Of a DNA stretch of 64,000 nt, positions 62,514 to 64,000 are shown piece by piece (positions within the stretch are counted from its first letter, which is position 1; each line of letters starts with the position of its first letter). Origin of the DNA: Lama glama (lineage: Eukaryota); the NCBI GenBank assembly GCA_028534125.1, contig CM052817.1:91824001-91888000 (forward strand). Reading direction: 5' to 3'. Below the pieces are notes generated by a model. The model made no database searches. It was not told the DNA's origin and saw only the letters and a list, made by a program, of their open reading frames with translations. The position numbers and the translations under genes were made by a program.

Positions 62514-64000
62514 GAATGATAAATTTTTGAAAACCAGAAGTCAACTGTATTCACTTACTTCCCCCTTACAACTGCCATCAACATGTTTAGGGGCGAAGGG
62601 ACAATGCAGAGGGGGTTAAAGGACTCAAGGACTCTCAAATTCCCTGCCTACTAACCTGACTGGGAATAAAGCTAAGTATGGATAAAAATAGTTTTAGGAC
62701 AATAGTAACACAAAATTGCATCTTGTTTTTTTTCTTTTTTGCTATAAAGTTGAACTTGTTACTCATTTACTTCCCTCCTAAATCTCTCAAATATTTTATT
62801 CATAAAGCAAAAAAGAATTCATGAAATGGAGATAAATTATAAATATCATTAAAATTTTCTTAATTTCTACAAAGCATATTCCTGCAAAATTTAAAGTATC
62901 TTTTTCTCTTTAATTCTTCAGAGTGTAATTTCAAACAGAGCAACTATACTCTGTGTAGTTTAATCTTCAATATTTATATTCAATATTCCACATATTCAAT
63001 ATTCCAAAAAGTAATTTTTTTCTCCTTGGGGGATCAAAATTAACCTTCAATTTTTCTCTCTTCCAGTGAGTAAAATAATGGTGGAATGCTTCACTGTGGA
63101 TGGATTCAGGGGCTAGTATACAGGAGGCAGATGTCACAAGGTACAGAAGCAAGATGGGGCCAGGTGACCTTGCAGGAAAATTATTCTCAGCCCCTGCTTT
63201 TAGCTCCCAAACCATCATGCTTTCACCTTTCATACCTCATCATTGAATTATAGAGCCCTTTGGCTTCTGTAAAAGCAGTTTTTTTTTTCATTCTCTAAAT
63301 AACACAATAATAAATTGAGTCCCTATCTTCATTAGAAGTGGTCCAGGTCTGGGCTCCTCTTTTCTTTTCACCAACCTCTCTTCCCTCTGCTTGGCTGCTC
63401 CCGACTTACCCCTGTTTCCCCCAAGTGAACTGAGCAGTCTTAATGACTGTGACAAACTCGTTCCTGCTTAAGTCTTCCCCACCTTTGGTTATGGCCTTAG
63501 ACACAGGCAGTGAGGGGCCCCTGCCCTGACCACCAGTTCTAGAGGGCCCAGCTGGGTCTTCCTCTGGCTACCCTTCCCTACCGGGCAAGTCATCTACACA
63601 AGAGCCCATGTCTTCCTTTCTAGACTGTGTTCTGCACACCTGGAACCCCCATGTTCCCTGCCCAGAGAGCCTCAAGTCTGTTTCCCCAGGTCTTTCCTCT
63701 GGAAGGTAGACACACAGCTGTGGGCACCTCCCGGCCCAAAGAGTGGACAAGGAGGGTGTGTATGGACCTTGGAGGTATGGACTGGAGGGTCCCACAAGTG
63801 TGGGAGGCCCCTGTGGTCTATACAGCACAGAGCCAGGGATGGGAAGGGAACTGCGTGGTCCAGGGAACCCACACTGCATTTAAACCTGGCCTTCCCGGTT
63901 GCTGCAAAGTTACAATTGTCAAGGTCAGATGATGGAATATACTTTACTTAATAGCTTGATGTAGAACAAATAAATATGAAGCAGACGGTATGTAGTCCAC

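Noticed and set aside
1..64000. CRISPR arrays, operons, rRNA or mitochondrial insertions
   Set aside because: The sequence is mammalian and repeat-rich. I saw no regularly spaced repeat-spacer structure, gene-dense ORFs, rRNA or mtDNA-like segments.

Overview
This is mammalian genomic DNA, very probably camelid (Camelus/Vicugna/Lama). The evidence is five copies of a tRNA-Ala(AGC)-derived SINE matching the camelid vic-1 family. The window reads as intronic or intergenic sequence. I could not support any protein-coding exon or name a host gene; the ORF track is chance ORFs, apart from a decayed L1-ORF1-like peptide. A large part is recognisable interspersed repeat: L1, a near full-length HAL1, L2, L3/CR1, MIR, MaLR/ERVL/ERV1 solo LTRs, and the DNA transposons MADE2, MER53, MER2 and MER5, plus microsatellites. 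The one RNA-gene relic is a 3'-truncated, tail-less 7SK retropseudogene (61607-61833, minus strand). The best non-repeat signal is a CpG-rich patch at about 27.3-27.6 kb with a minus-strand TATA box and a tightly packed CRE/UPRE + RORE + MEF2 motif cassette, a candidate promoter. There are also several repeat-free, motif-dense blocks that look like enhancers. Repeat family names come from recalled consensus sequences, not a database search, and boundaries of old repeats are approximate. I found no convincing previously undescribed system; the findings are testable leads.
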